The position numbers and the translations under genes were made by a program. This document shows, one piece after another, positions 8,574 to 17,758 of a stretch of DNA of 64,000 nucleotides (its first letter is position 1; every line of letters begins with the position of its first letter). The notes under the pieces are model-generated. The model made no database searches, had not been told where the DNA came from, and saw only the letters and a program-made list of their open reading frames with translations. This stretch comes from Candidatus Aminicenantes bacterium (GTDB lineage: Bacteria; Acidobacteriota; Aminicenantia; Aminicenantales; Saccharicenantaceae): contig CAWEJF010000007.1 in assembly GCA_963809345.1 (NCBI GenBank), positions 72,708 through 136,707 on the forward strand, read 5' to 3'.

Positions 8574-9760
8574 GAGCGGTTCCTATCCGTTCCCAATATC
8601 GGACCAGGTCGTTTCCGGGACCGACGAAATTGCCGAGCCCGACGATGACGGGTTCGCCGGGCGCCAGAGTCATCACGCGGGCCATCAGGAGCTCCGGCGA
8701 ACGCGCGTCGGCGACTGAGAAGACGGGGCCGCCCGGTCCGGCGGACGGCCGGATCTTGCGGAACGCGGCCCCGGCCGGTGGACCGACGAGGATGACGAAG
8801 GAGAAATCGGAAAAGAAGCCCTCGCCGGCCGCCCGGACCCATTGGAGCGTCCGGTCGCCGCGGTCCTCGCGGAGGCTGAGAAGCCCCACGAGCGGCCGCC
8901 CGGCGAAGGGGACCCTATCTTTGACCTTGACGAGGGCCGCGGCCGAGGATTCCGGCTCATTGGCGGCGAAGAGGCTGACGCAGTCGGCCTGACGGGAAGG
9001 TTGGCCAAAGAGTCCGCGCCAGACCCGGAGGTTCCCGGGATCGGGCACGGCAGCGGATAGCCCCCTCTCTATCGGGCGCCTGTCAATACCGAATGACTCC
9101 AGGACGGCCCGGGCCAGGCGCCAATTGGGCTCGAATTCACCGAACGGCAGGCGGGCCCCGTCCCCCACCGGCCCCCTGGCGACCGAGCGGATCTTCGAGC
9201 CCGTCCGGACGGCCGCCTCGTCGAACGCGGGGTCGACCTCCTCCTCCGGGATGAAGATGTCGGCCCGGTCGGGAGACGGCCGAGGCGAGGGTCCGGGCGA
9301 TCGCGGCCCTATCCCGGCCCATTTCGTCCATGTGATCGAGCCGGACATTTGTCAGCGCGAGTGTCCCGGGCCGCAGGATGTCTCGGGATTCCACGGCCAG
9401 GCACTCGGCGCCGATGCTCATCATCTCGGCGACGAGGACCTCGGCGCCGGACGCAGCGGCGAGCGAGACGAGACGGACCTGCTCGCGGACCGAAGCCGGG
9501 CCGGCCCGGGCGAGCTCCCGTTCCGAGCCATCCGGGAAGATGAGGACAGGCTTCGAGCCCGTCGTCTTGGCCAGGACGCGGGCGCCGGAGGCCCGTAGCC
9601 CGGCAGCGATGAGACGGGTGACACTCGATTTGCCTCGCGTCCCCGTGACCGCGATCCTCCGAGGGACGCGACGGAGAGCCCTTTCAAGGCGAATGCGCTC
9701 CAGGAAAAGATAGAAGAGGAGGACGCCCAGACAGGCGGTCAGGACAAGAAGTTCTCGCAG
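8563..9760 (-). pseudogene. pgsB: poly-gamma-glutamate synthase PgsB/CapB, interrupted by a +1 frameshift (or assembly indel)
   Basis: The N-terminal part (TM helix, P-loop GTRGKSSVTRL, DHMDEMG) reads from 9760 to about 9275. The C-terminal 260 aa are track ORF 8563..9348, in the +1 frame. The junction aligns with Bacillus PgsB (LASAV / PDRADIFIPE). There is no ATG/GTG/TTG before the P-loop. Confidence 0.8.
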
Positions 9761-9794
9761 GGCTCGTCTCTCCGAGCGCCGGCCGGCGTCTGGC

Positions 9795-10763
9795 TTACTT
9801 CTTTATCGCGCTCAGAATGTTCTTGACCAGGGCCGCCCGCTCGCCCTCCGGCTCGAGCGATAGGAACTTCTCGAACATATTAATGGCGTTGGCGTTGTCG
9901 GCCTTATTGAGATAGACGTAGCCGAGCTTGATGTACGGGTCGGGCCACTCCGGCTTGATCCGGGAGGCCAGCTCGAAATACTTCTGGGCCTCGTCGAGAT
10001 TCTGGTTCGAAAAATAGATCTCGCCGACGTTGTAGGCCAGGATCTCGTCTTCCGGCGAGGCTTCGATCGACTTCTTGAAATACTCCTGGGCCTCGGGGAG
10101 CTTGTTTTGCTTGAGGTAGATGTCGCCGATCCCCGCCTGAGCCTTGCCGGTCAGCTGCTTGCCCAAGACCTGGTCCGCGGCCGACAGTTCGATGACCTTG
10201 TTGTAGATCTCCTCGGCTTTGGCGAAATCCCCCTTCGCCCGATAAGCGTCGGCGATATTGATCTGGACCTGGTAGGCCTGGGGATTTTTTTCCAGGAACA
10301 ACTGGTATTGGGCGATGGCCTCGTCGTACTTGCCTTCTTTATAGAATTGGTTTCCGAATTCGAGGAAGCTGAACGTGGATTCGTCCTGGATGACCCCGCC
10401 GGCCACAGCGGATTTCTTCAGCTTCACTTCGACCCTGGGATTGCGGCTGAGCTGGGAGACCTGGACCGACTGGACGTGGGGTTCATAGCCGGACGCAACA
10501 ACCGCGAGATCCCACACCCCGGTTCCCAGGCCCATGAAGGACCACTCGCCCTTCTTGTTGGCCTTGGCTTCGTGCTTGATCCCGCCTTGGCCGGGCGTGA
10601 AAGAAAGGGTGACCTTGGCTCCCTCGATGGGCTGGCCCCCCTGGTCGATGATGACTCCGCCGAGGCGGCCCGTACCGCGTCCAGCCTGGGCGAAAGTGAA
10701 GCCGGCTACGAGAACCGTTACCATGATACCGAACGAAAGAGTTCGAAGCGCTTTGGTCTTCAT
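9795..10763 (-). CDS. secreted CarboxypepD_reg-like domain plus TPR-repeat protein
   Basis: ORF track, 322 aa. Signal peptide, then a beta-sandwich region (GGVIIDQGGQPIEGAKVTL ... VVASGYEP), then about five TPR units. GGAGG SD. Confidence 0.8.
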   Translation of the reverse strand: MKTKALRTLSFGIMVTVLVAGFTFAQAGRGTGRLGGVIIDQGGQPIEGAKVTLSFTPGQGGIKHEAKANKKGEWSFMGLGTGVWDLAVVASGYEPHVQSVQVSQLSRNPRVEVKLKKSAVAGGVIQDESTFSFLEFGNQFYKEGKYDEAIAQYQLFLEKNPQAYQVQINIADAYRAKGDFAKAEEIYNKVIELSAADQVLGKQLTGKAQAGIGDIYLKQNKLPEAQEYFKKSIEASPEDEILAYNVGEIYFSNQNLDEAQKYFELASRIKPEWPDPYIKLGYVYLNKADNANAINMFEKFLSLEPEGERAALVKNILSAIKK

Positions 10764-10787
10764 TCGTAACCTCCAGCAGTTATAAGA

Positions 10788-10802
10788 GCAACTATCGTGC
10801 CA
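10788..10802 (-). promoter_or_regulatory. sigma-54 promoter (-24/-12) for the CarboxypepD_reg/TPR gene and probably pgsBC
   Basis: The minus strand reads aTGGCACgatagTTGCTc, an exact TGGCAC-N5-TTGC. TTGC ends 24 nt before ATG 10763, with GGAGG in between. Confidence 0.7.
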
Positions 10803-10973
10803 TGAATATCCAGAGGCCCATCCATATGGGAGAAAAGCCTCCTCAGCCCGGGTTCAAGCCCTCCGGCGGGGCTGTCCGTTGACCTCGGGAAAGGACATTA
10901 TATCATGTTTGGGGGCCAAACCGGCAGTCCTGCCTTTGCCCCGAACGAAAGGCGCCTCCCTCTCGAGGGCTGT

Positions 10974-11882
10974 TCATATCGAAAGCTTGATCTTCTTGTA
11001 GGCCTTGCCGCCGTCGCTCGTGTTCTCGAGGGTCAACCGCACCCAGTATTCGCCCGGCGGCGCCTCCACCGGGATTTCGATGGTGTGGCTCTTTGTATTG
11101 GATTGGCGCAGCTCGTCTTCCGTCGTTTCCAGCGCATGCTCGCTCTGCGCATGGCTGATCTCTTTCCCGTCCATCTCCAAGAGGTCGAGCGTGACGACGA
11201 AGGTCGCCCGAAGCGTTTTGTCTTTGGCGTCGAACCAGATGACGCGGTAGGGGATGATCATCTTGACGAGGCCCCGGCCGTTCGCGATCTTCTGCGCCCG
11301 AGCGTCAAAGTCGATCTGACCCTTTTCGGCGGCTATTTGCGGCTGCCATTCCTTCTGGGCCCGGTTGATGTTTGAGATCTGCTCGACGCTCAATGGGTCG
11401 AGCTTGTAGTTGCCGTTCCAGGCCTCGTCGGTGAAAAGAATGAGGAAGAAACCGTAATACCAGAACTCCCGGGGCACGTCGTAAAAGGTGACTCCCCGCG
11501 GGTAGGTGATGCGGTTGGTGGGAGGGCCGAGCAGGATGTAGACGCGGCCGCGGTCCTGGAGCCAACCCGGCTCCCCCGCTTCGCTGAAGAGATGGTTGGC
11601 CTCGCTGATTCGGGCGAAGTACTGCTCTTTAAATTCGTTGACCGCCGTGTCCGGCGTGGGATCGCGTTCTTTCCAGAACTCCTCGATGAGGGTTTTCCTG
11701 TCCCCGGCCGGGACGGCCAGAAAGCGCTCCCGCTCTTGTCTCGTGATGATGTAGCGGACCTTGGAGATGAAGTCGCGGCTCTCGGGGTCAAGGCTCCTCA
11801 CGGCCTGGGACGTGGCGCAGGCGGAGGCCAGGACGATCGTCGCCAGCGCCGTGCTCCGTAGACAACGCCCGAAGATGGTCAT
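10974..11882 (-). CDS. GWxTD domain-containing lipoprotein
   Basis: Start set at ATG 11882 (ATGA overlap with the upstream stop). Signal ends LASAC. Core motifs FWKERDPTP and EPGWLQDRGRVYILLGPP. 302 aa. Confidence 0.8.
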   Translation of the reverse strand: MTIFGRCLRSTALATIVLASACATSQAVRSLDPESRDFISKVRYIITRQERERFLAVPAGDRKTLIEEFWKERDPTPDTAVNEFKEQYFARISEANHLFSEAGEPGWLQDRGRVYILLGPPTNRITYPRGVTFYDVPREFWYYGFFLILFTDEAWNGNYKLDPLSVEQISNINRAQKEWQPQIAAEKGQIDFDARAQKIANGRGLVKMIIPYRVIWFDAKDKTLRATFVVTLDLLEMDGKEISHAQSEHALETTEDELRQSNTKSHTIEIPVEAPPGEYWVRLTLENTSDGGKAYKKIKLSI

Positions 11883-13969
11883 TTCTTTTGCTTGAGCTCC
11901 TGGACCCTCTCCGTGAGCTTCGGCTGGTTCGGCTCGATCTTGAGAGAGCGTTCCCAGGCGGCGAGGGCTTCGGCCATGTTCCCGAGCTGGAGGTAGCACT
12001 CACCGACGGAGTTGAGGACATTCAAATTGGCCCCGAAATGCACCAAATAATCTTTGTAGAAGACGATCGCCTGTTCGTTCTCGCCCAGCGCCTGGCAGGC
12101 TCGGCCGACGGGCTCGAGGAAATCCCACTTGCGCTCGTCCGCGAGGAAGGGCTGGGCCGCGGCCTTGACCCCGGCGTATTCCTTGAGCTCGAGAAGGAGC
12201 TTAGCATAGTCGAGGGCGAAGGGCGCCGAGTTCGGCTCGCGCCGGACCGCCGCCTCGAGGAGTGGCCGCGCCTTGGCCAATTCCTTTTTGTTCACGTATT
12301 GAGTCCCGGTGATATGGAGGTACTGGGGCGCGTCCGACGGCTGCGGGACGGAGACCACCCAGGGCCGCAGCAGGACGGAAAGGGGCGTGACCAAGAAGCG
12401 CTCCTCGGCGGCGACCCGTTGGGCCCGGGCAGCGTTCTGGACCGAGATACGGAGGATGTAATTGGCGGCCGGGTAGCCCGTCAAGGGAAACTCCTCGAAG
12501 ATGTTCGTCCGGTCCGGGTATTCGGCGAGTGTCCTGGTGACGGTTTGAACGGGCTCCGGTCCTCTCTCCCCTTCCCTGAGGATCGTGTATTCGATAACGC
12601 CCCCATCCCGGACGTCCTCCGGCGCGTTTTCGAGCTGGAAAAAGGCAAAGAGCGTGTCGCTGGGAAGGAAATCGTTGCGCGGCGATGGTGTGAGCTGGAG
12701 GCTGCCGAGAAGGAACGGCTTGCTTTGGCCCTGGAAACGGGAGGCCTTGTCGACCCTGTTCGCCAGGCAAGGCGCGAAGAGCGTGAACGTTCCCGGCGGG
12801 GGGACGAGGAGGTTGGCCTCAAAGGACGTGAACTCCTTGGAAACCTTGTTCTTGAGGAGGATGCTGATCTTGTAAGAGCCGGGGATGAGCGGGAAGAGGT
12901 CCTGATAGCTGAAGAGCTTGTTTCGAATGGAGGCCAACTGTGATTCGGTCATACGGCAGGGGACGGATCGGCTGAATTGGTAAACCACGCCGCCCTTGGT
13001 GTCGGTTACGGAAACGTCCGCCTCGAGGTCAGCGTGATAGGAGTCCCCGACAGGCTCGAACGTCAGGCGCTTCGGCTCGATGAGGAAGTGGACGAAGGGA
13101 TTGCCGGCCGGATCCTGGTAGACGCGGATGAGGGCGTCGCTGTCCATATAATTCGCCGTGTAGTCGACTTCGATGATGTCTTTGTAGCGGAGGAGCTTCT
13201 CCGCGTATTCGTCCTTGACCTTATCGTAGCCCGCCGCCGGGATACGGTTGCCGAGAAGAATGTCCGAGGCCATCGTCGGCCGGGCTGTCATGATCGGGTC
13301 GCCGGGGATCAGGGACAACGAGACACTGCCGATCATCGGCTCGACGTCCATCAGCTCGGTATAAGCCGTCCCGTAATCGGTCAGATCGCCCATATAGTGG
13401 ATGAGGAGTTTCTGCGGCCCGTCTTTCATGGGGCTGTAGAGGACGTAGGTGCTCTGACCATCCGGCTTGTAAAAGACAACGTTAAAGCTCGTCGGCAGGC
13501 GGGGATTATCCAGCCCGGCATAGAACCAGATGACCGTTGGAAAGACTTGGGTCAGGTTCTCGAAACGGTCGATCGTCTTCGGTTCTCCGAGGATGATGTA
13601 GATGCGTCCCATATCGGTCCGCCATCCGGGCGCCGGTGAATCCCTGCCGAACCACCTATTGGCGTAAGAGATGCGGCGATAGTGCTCCTCCCGAAATTCG
13701 TTCTGGTCCGTATCCGGGGTGGGGTCGCGCTGTTTCCAGAAGGTCCTGAGGAAGACCTCGCGGTCGCGGTCGTTGTCGAGCTGAAGGAAGACTTCGCGCT
13801 CTTTCGGAGTAATGATGTAGACGACCTCTTCCTCGAGCCACCTGCGGTACTGCGGAGGAAGGTCTTTGCTGGAGATCTTCTTGGCCTGGGCGCGGGCCGG
13901 GGCCGGAAGAATGAGATCTGAGGCAACGAAAAAAAGGAGTCCGAGGACGATGATGACAAAGCGTTTCAT
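11879..13969 (-). CDS. GWxTD domain-containing protein with C-terminal TPR region
   Basis: ORF track, 696 aa. Signal peptide. Core motifs FWKQRDPTPDT and APGWRTDMGRIYIILGEP. Confidence 0.85.
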   Translation of the reverse strand: MKRFVIIVLGLLFFVASDLILPAPARAQAKKISSKDLPPQYRRWLEEEVVYIITPKEREVFLQLDNDRDREVFLRTFWKQRDPTPDTDQNEFREEHYRRISYANRWFGRDSPAPGWRTDMGRIYIILGEPKTIDRFENLTQVFPTVIWFYAGLDNPRLPTSFNVVFYKPDGQSTYVLYSPMKDGPQKLLIHYMGDLTDYGTAYTELMDVEPMIGSVSLSLIPGDPIMTARPTMASDILLGNRIPAAGYDKVKDEYAEKLLRYKDIIEVDYTANYMDSDALIRVYQDPAGNPFVHFLIEPKRLTFEPVGDSYHADLEADVSVTDTKGGVVYQFSRSVPCRMTESQLASIRNKLFSYQDLFPLIPGSYKISILLKNKVSKEFTSFEANLLVPPPGTFTLFAPCLANRVDKASRFQGQSKPFLLGSLQLTPSPRNDFLPSDTLFAFFQLENAPEDVRDGGVIEYTILREGERGPEPVQTVTRTLAEYPDRTNIFEEFPLTGYPAANYILRISVQNAARAQRVAAEERFLVTPLSVLLRPWVVSVPQPSDAPQYLHITGTQYVNKKELAKARPLLEAAVRREPNSAPFALDYAKLLLELKEYAGVKAAAQPFLADERKWDFLEPVGRACQALGENEQAIVFYKDYLVHFGANLNVLNSVGECYLQLGNMAEALAAWERSLKIEPNQPKLTERVQELKQKK

Positions 13970-14138
13970 GGTATTCCTATTTTAGCATAACGGGAGATGT
14001 TGACTAAGCCCGCTCATTCAAAACGACGTTTGAACGACTGGTGTTGCCCCGCGGCGCCGGACAGAAATAGCGGGCCCGGGGCGACGGCGAAAGAGGCTTC
14101 GTCCGACAGGGGGTCGCGGGCCGAAACGGTCGCCCGAG

Positions 14139-14175
14139 AATCCAAATAAATGAATTCAATCCAATAGGATGAATT
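14139..14175 (+). repeat. tandem 18-nt direct repeat in the OM-barrel upstream region
   Basis: AATCCAAATAAATGAATT c AATCCAATAGGATGAATT (14 of 18 identical), centred about 130 nt upstream of the -24 box at 14290. Confidence 0.6.
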
Positions 14176-14289
14176 AATACGGGCGGAGGCGCTTGGGATT
14201 AGCTTTGTTTCCGTTCGACGGTCGAGAGGTCCTCTCTGTAAATTGGCGGGCTCATGCGGTGTCCCCGTTTTTTTGGCATGACACTTGAT

Positions 14290-14305
14290 TGGCACACTTA
14301 TTGCT
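14290..14305 (+). promoter_or_regulatory. sigma-54 promoter for the OM barrel gene
   Basis: tTGGCACacttaTTGCTa, an exact TGGCAC-N5-TTGC, about 175 nt upstream of ATG 14479. Confidence 0.7.
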
Positions 14306-14329
14306 AGTTAGAACCTCAGAGGAATATCA

Positions 14330-14482
14330 ATGAGGAGGTTTAATGACTTAAATTATCAGCATTTTGGAGAAAAGAGGGGCGCCGTCCGGCACAACCCGAG
14401 CGGTGTCCAGATTCCAGGAGGGATTCAGAGATCCAACCATCCTTCGAGCAGTAACAATATGAACAAAGGAGTATCTTCATGA
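14330..14482 (+). CDS. candidate 50-codon leader ORF upstream of the OM barrel gene
   Basis: ATG 14330 with GAGGA 6 nt upstream. Open for 50 codons in an AT-richer leader. Its TGA overlaps the ATG at 14479 (ATGA). The peptide MRRFNDLNYQHFGEKRG... is hydrophilic and I recognise no homology. Confidence 0.25.
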   Translation: MRRFNDLNYQHFGEKRGAVRHNPSGVQIPGGIQRSNHPSSSNNMNKGVSS

Positions 14483-17400
14483 AGAAACTGCAACCCGTCT
14501 TACTGCTGATCATCAGCGCGCTGCTCCTAACCAGCACGCTGTCTGCTCAGCGGGCCACGGGGCAAATCTTCGGCACCGTTCTGGACGATCAGAAGGCGCC
14601 CCTTCCCGGTGTGTCCATCACAGCGAAGGGACCTCGTCTGGTCGGATCGGCCACCACCACGACAAACGGCCAGGGCGGCTATCGGCTGGTCGCCCTGCCG
14701 CCGGGGACTTATGACATCGAATACAACCTGCCCGGATTCCAGCCGCTCCTCCGCAAGGACATCGTCCTCGGGGCTGAACAGACATTGACCGTGGACATCA
14801 CCTTGAGCCCGAGCGCCATCACCGAGCAGGTCACCGTCATCGGCCAATCGCCCCTCATCGACGTCAAGAGCACGTCCCGGGGCGGCACCATGAACAGGCA
14901 GACTTTTTCGCTCCTGCCCAAGGGACGGAACTTTGATTCGCTGCTGGTGACGGTGCCCGGCGTGTCCAACGAGCCGATGCTCGCCGGCACGTCCGTCGAC
15001 GGCGCCTCCGGTGCCGAGAACATGTGGTATGTCGACGGCATCAGCACGACCAACCTGATCAACGGTACGAGCGGCCAGGGGGTCAACTACGACTTCGTCG
15101 AAGAGGTCAATTTCAAGTCGTCCGGCTACAACGCCGAGTACGGCGGCTCTCTTGGCGGCGTCGTCAGCGTGCTGACACGGTCCGGCGGGAACGCATTCCA
15201 CGGCGAGCTTCTGGCCTACTACAATGACGAAGCCCTGACGGCCCGCCGCCGCGACATCCTGAATTACAACAACAGGGACTCGAACTCTATCACTCATACC
15301 CAAACCGCCTCGTATTATGCGTGGGACAAATACTACGGCGCGCAGAAGTGGTCCAACATCGAAGGCGGATTCAATCTGGGCGGCTACATCATCAAGGACC
15401 GGGTCTGGTTCTTCGGTTCGGTCATGCCCAACTATAACAAGTACACCCGGACTTTGAACTTCGCCATTCAGACTGGATCGAACAGCACGGCTCCTCCGAG
15501 AGACGTCCATTACAAACAAATCGATTGGAACGCCCAGGCCAAGCTCTCGGCCCAGCCCTTCAAGAACCTCCGCATCAGCGCCAGTGTCATCAACGCGCTG
15601 TCGATTCAACGCGGCAATCTTCCCGCCTCCTGGAACGGCAGCCCGACGGTAGATTACGACGCTATGGGCTTCAACTACCCGAACTTCAGCACCAGCGCCA
15701 CCGCCGACTGGATCGTCTCCAGCAACTTCATGGTCAGCGCCCGCGGCGGCTTCTTCCGGACGAATCAGAACCATCAAATGCCCTCCACCGGGCTGACCGA
15801 GCCCGTGTATATTTTCCAGTTGGAGCAGCCCTACAGCTACGCGTCAGTCGACAACTCGATGTTCCCGGAGATCCCCGCGAGCCTCGTGCACGGCCCGGGC
15901 TGGCAGAACCAGCCGCTCACCAACCTCAACGCCACGAAGAGGATCATCCGGCAGAAATACAACGCCAACCTGGACCTGACGTACTTCGCCAACCTCGGCG
16001 GTGAGCACGCCTTCAAGATCGGCGGCCAGTATATCAACCAGGGCGAGAACGTCGACAATTCGGCCACCCAACCCCTGATCTACCTGGGCTGGGATTCTTC
16101 CTTCAGCGCCTATGGCATCGACTACGGCCGCGGCAAGTATGGCTGGTATGCCGTTCGCGGCAACGACCTGACTGGCCCCTACGGCAGCTTCTATAACGCC
16201 AAGAGCGACCAGTGGGCCCTCTATGCCCAGGACAGCTGGACGATCGCCCGGAAGCTGACGATCAACGCCGGCGTCCGCACCGAGTCAGAGTACATTCCGG
16301 CCTACAGCCAGAACCCGGATTATGTGGGCCTCAAGCCGATCGACTTCCCCTTCAAGAAGAAGATCTCGCCCCGGCTGGGCTTCATCTATGACATCTTCGG
16401 CGACTCGAGCCTCAAGGTTTACGGCTCCTTCGCCATCTACCAGGACGTGATGAAGCTCGACATGGCGGCCAACGCCCTGGGCGGGTTCCAGTGGAAGAGC
16501 ACCTATTACACCCTCGACAACTACGATTTCACCACGATCGGTGTCAACAACAACTATCCTGGGACCAACTACGTGACCCTTGATTTCCGGCGCCCCTCGA
16601 TCGAGCTCATCGATCCCGACATGAAGCCCTTCACCCAGCGGGAGATCGCCCTCGGCGCCGACAAGAAGATCTTTGAGAATCTCTCGGCCTCCATTCGCGT
16701 CGTGAGCAAGTCGGTCCTCTATGCCATCGACGACCAGGCCGTGGTCGATCCTGATGCGGGTGAGACCTACTATTACACCAACCTCGGCTCGACCTTCATG
16801 GATCATGTTTATGACCAGGCTAAAGCCGCTGGCTGGATGGCTGAGGGAGTACCGAACCAGCCGAAGGGCAAACGCGACTATATGGCTGTGAACTTCAGCC
16901 TGGACAAGCGGCTGGCCAACAACTGGCTCATGGGCTTTTCCGCCACGTGGAGCCGGCTGACCGGCAATTACGCCGGATTGGCCAACTCCGACGAAAACGG
17001 CCGCAACAACCCGAACGGCGAGCGCACGTACGACCTGTGGCAGTTCCAGTGGGACAAACAGCTGAACCCGATCGACGGCACTCTCCCGACCGACCGGCCC
17101 CTCATCTTCAAACTCTACGGCAGCTACGTGTTCCCCATGGGCTTGACGGTCGGCACGGTCATGCAGGCCATGTCCGGGACACCTCTGTCCACGGCCTGGA
17201 ACGTCGACGGCCCCGGCTACTATCCGTTCAACCGCGGCGACCTCGGCCGGACCCCCTTCCTGTTCTACGCGGACGCCTATGCCGAGTATAACGTCCGGCT
17301 CGGCGGCCGGTTGGGCCTCCAGTTCAACGTCAACCTGAGCAACATGTTCAATGTCGAAACCGCCACGAACTTCATTCAGACCCCGTACCGCAGCAACATC

Positions 17401-17568
17401 AGCCCCTCCGACACCGTCGGCGGCATCGAGTACGCGCCCGGAACGACTCTCTTGACAAAGACATGGGAGCCTGCTACCGCCCTCAACTTGAAAGACGGAC
17501 GATTCGGCTACGCCAACACCTTCTTCGCCCCGTTCCAAGCTCGTCTGGGTATGAAATTCTCCTTCTAA
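14479..17568 (+). CDS. TonB-dependent-receptor-like outer-membrane beta-barrel with N-terminal CarboxypepD_reg domain
   Basis: ORF track, 1029 aa. Signal peptide. GTVLDDQKAPLPGVSITA...GGYRLVALPPGTYDI. Ends ...RLGMKFSF with a terminal Phe. AAGGAG SD. Confidence 0.85.
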   Translation: MKKLQPVLLLIISALLLTSTLSAQRATGQIFGTVLDDQKAPLPGVSITAKGPRLVGSATTTTNGQGGYRLVALPPGTYDIEYNLPGFQPLLRKDIVLGAEQTLTVDITLSPSAITEQVTVIGQSPLIDVKSTSRGGTMNRQTFSLLPKGRNFDSLLVTVPGVSNEPMLAGTSVDGASGAENMWYVDGISTTNLINGTSGQGVNYDFVEEVNFKSSGYNAEYGGSLGGVVSVLTRSGGNAFHGELLAYYNDEALTARRRDILNYNNRDSNSITHTQTASYYAWDKYYGAQKWSNIEGGFNLGGYIIKDRVWFFGSVMPNYNKYTRTLNFAIQTGSNSTAPPRDVHYKQIDWNAQAKLSAQPFKNLRISASVINALSIQRGNLPASWNGSPTVDYDAMGFNYPNFSTSATADWIVSSNFMVSARGGFFRTNQNHQMPSTGLTEPVYIFQLEQPYSYASVDNSMFPEIPASLVHGPGWQNQPLTNLNATKRIIRQKYNANLDLTYFANLGGEHAFKIGGQYINQGENVDNSATQPLIYLGWDSSFSAYGIDYGRGKYGWYAVRGNDLTGPYGSFYNAKSDQWALYAQDSWTIARKLTINAGVRTESEYIPAYSQNPDYVGLKPIDFPFKKKISPRLGFIYDIFGDSSLKVYGSFAIYQDVMKLDMAANALGGFQWKSTYYTLDNYDFTTIGVNNNYPGTNYVTLDFRRPSIELIDPDMKPFTQREIALGADKKIFENLSASIRVVSKSVLYAIDDQAVVDPDAGETYYYTNLGSTFMDHVYDQAKAAGWMAEGVPNQPKGKRDYMAVNFSLDKRLANNWLMGFSATWSRLTGNYAGLANSDENGRNNPNGERTYDLWQFQWDKQLNPIDGTLPTDRPLIFKLYGSYVFPMGLTVGTVMQAMSGTPLSTAWNVDGPGYYPFNRGDLGRTPFLFYADAYAEYNVRLGGRLGLQFNVNLSNMFNVETATNFIQTPYRSNISPSDTVGGIEYAPGTTLLTKTWEPATALNLKDGRFGYANTFFAPFQARLGMKFSF

Positions 17569-17596
17569 GCTGAACTAGAACTAGCACTTGCACAAA

Positions 17597-17627
17597 CCCG
17601 CCCCGGCTCCGGCCGGGGCGGGTTTTT
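17597..17627. terminator. bidirectional Rho-independent terminator between convergent genes
   Basis: Perfect 11-bp GC stem cccgccccggc/gccggggcggg with loop tccg. T5 follows on the plus strand and an A-run precedes it, giving a U-tract for the minus strand. Confidence 0.75.
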
Positions 17628-17758
17628 CTTTTCTCCCGAATTTGGATATCAGGCGTTCGGACTGCGCCGGCACGCTATTTTCCAAGGGAGAAACCGGGCC
17701 ACGCATTTAGCCTCTCTGGAGGTATCGCGGCCGGGCCAACGGGAGAGATGGGCTGAGG

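Noticed and set aside
10845-10875. GGTTCAAGCC, which resembles a tRNA T-loop
   Set aside because: The flanks do not form a T-stem, acceptor arm or anticodon arm. It is only the loop of a 6-bp hairpin (cagccc/gggctg). No tRNA is found anywhere in the window.
14272-14287. Second sigma-54-like box TGGCATgacacTTGA, 18 nt upstream of the main one
   Set aside because: The invariant C of the -12 GC is replaced by A. It is kept only as a note, and the exact match at 14290-14304 is the credible core.
14014-14537. Track ORFs 14014-14295 (minus strand, 93 aa) and 14340-14537 (minus strand, 65 aa) in the barrel-gene upstream region
   Set aside because: They have no SD and no recognisable features. They run through the sigma-54 promoter and the start of the barrel gene on the wrong strand.
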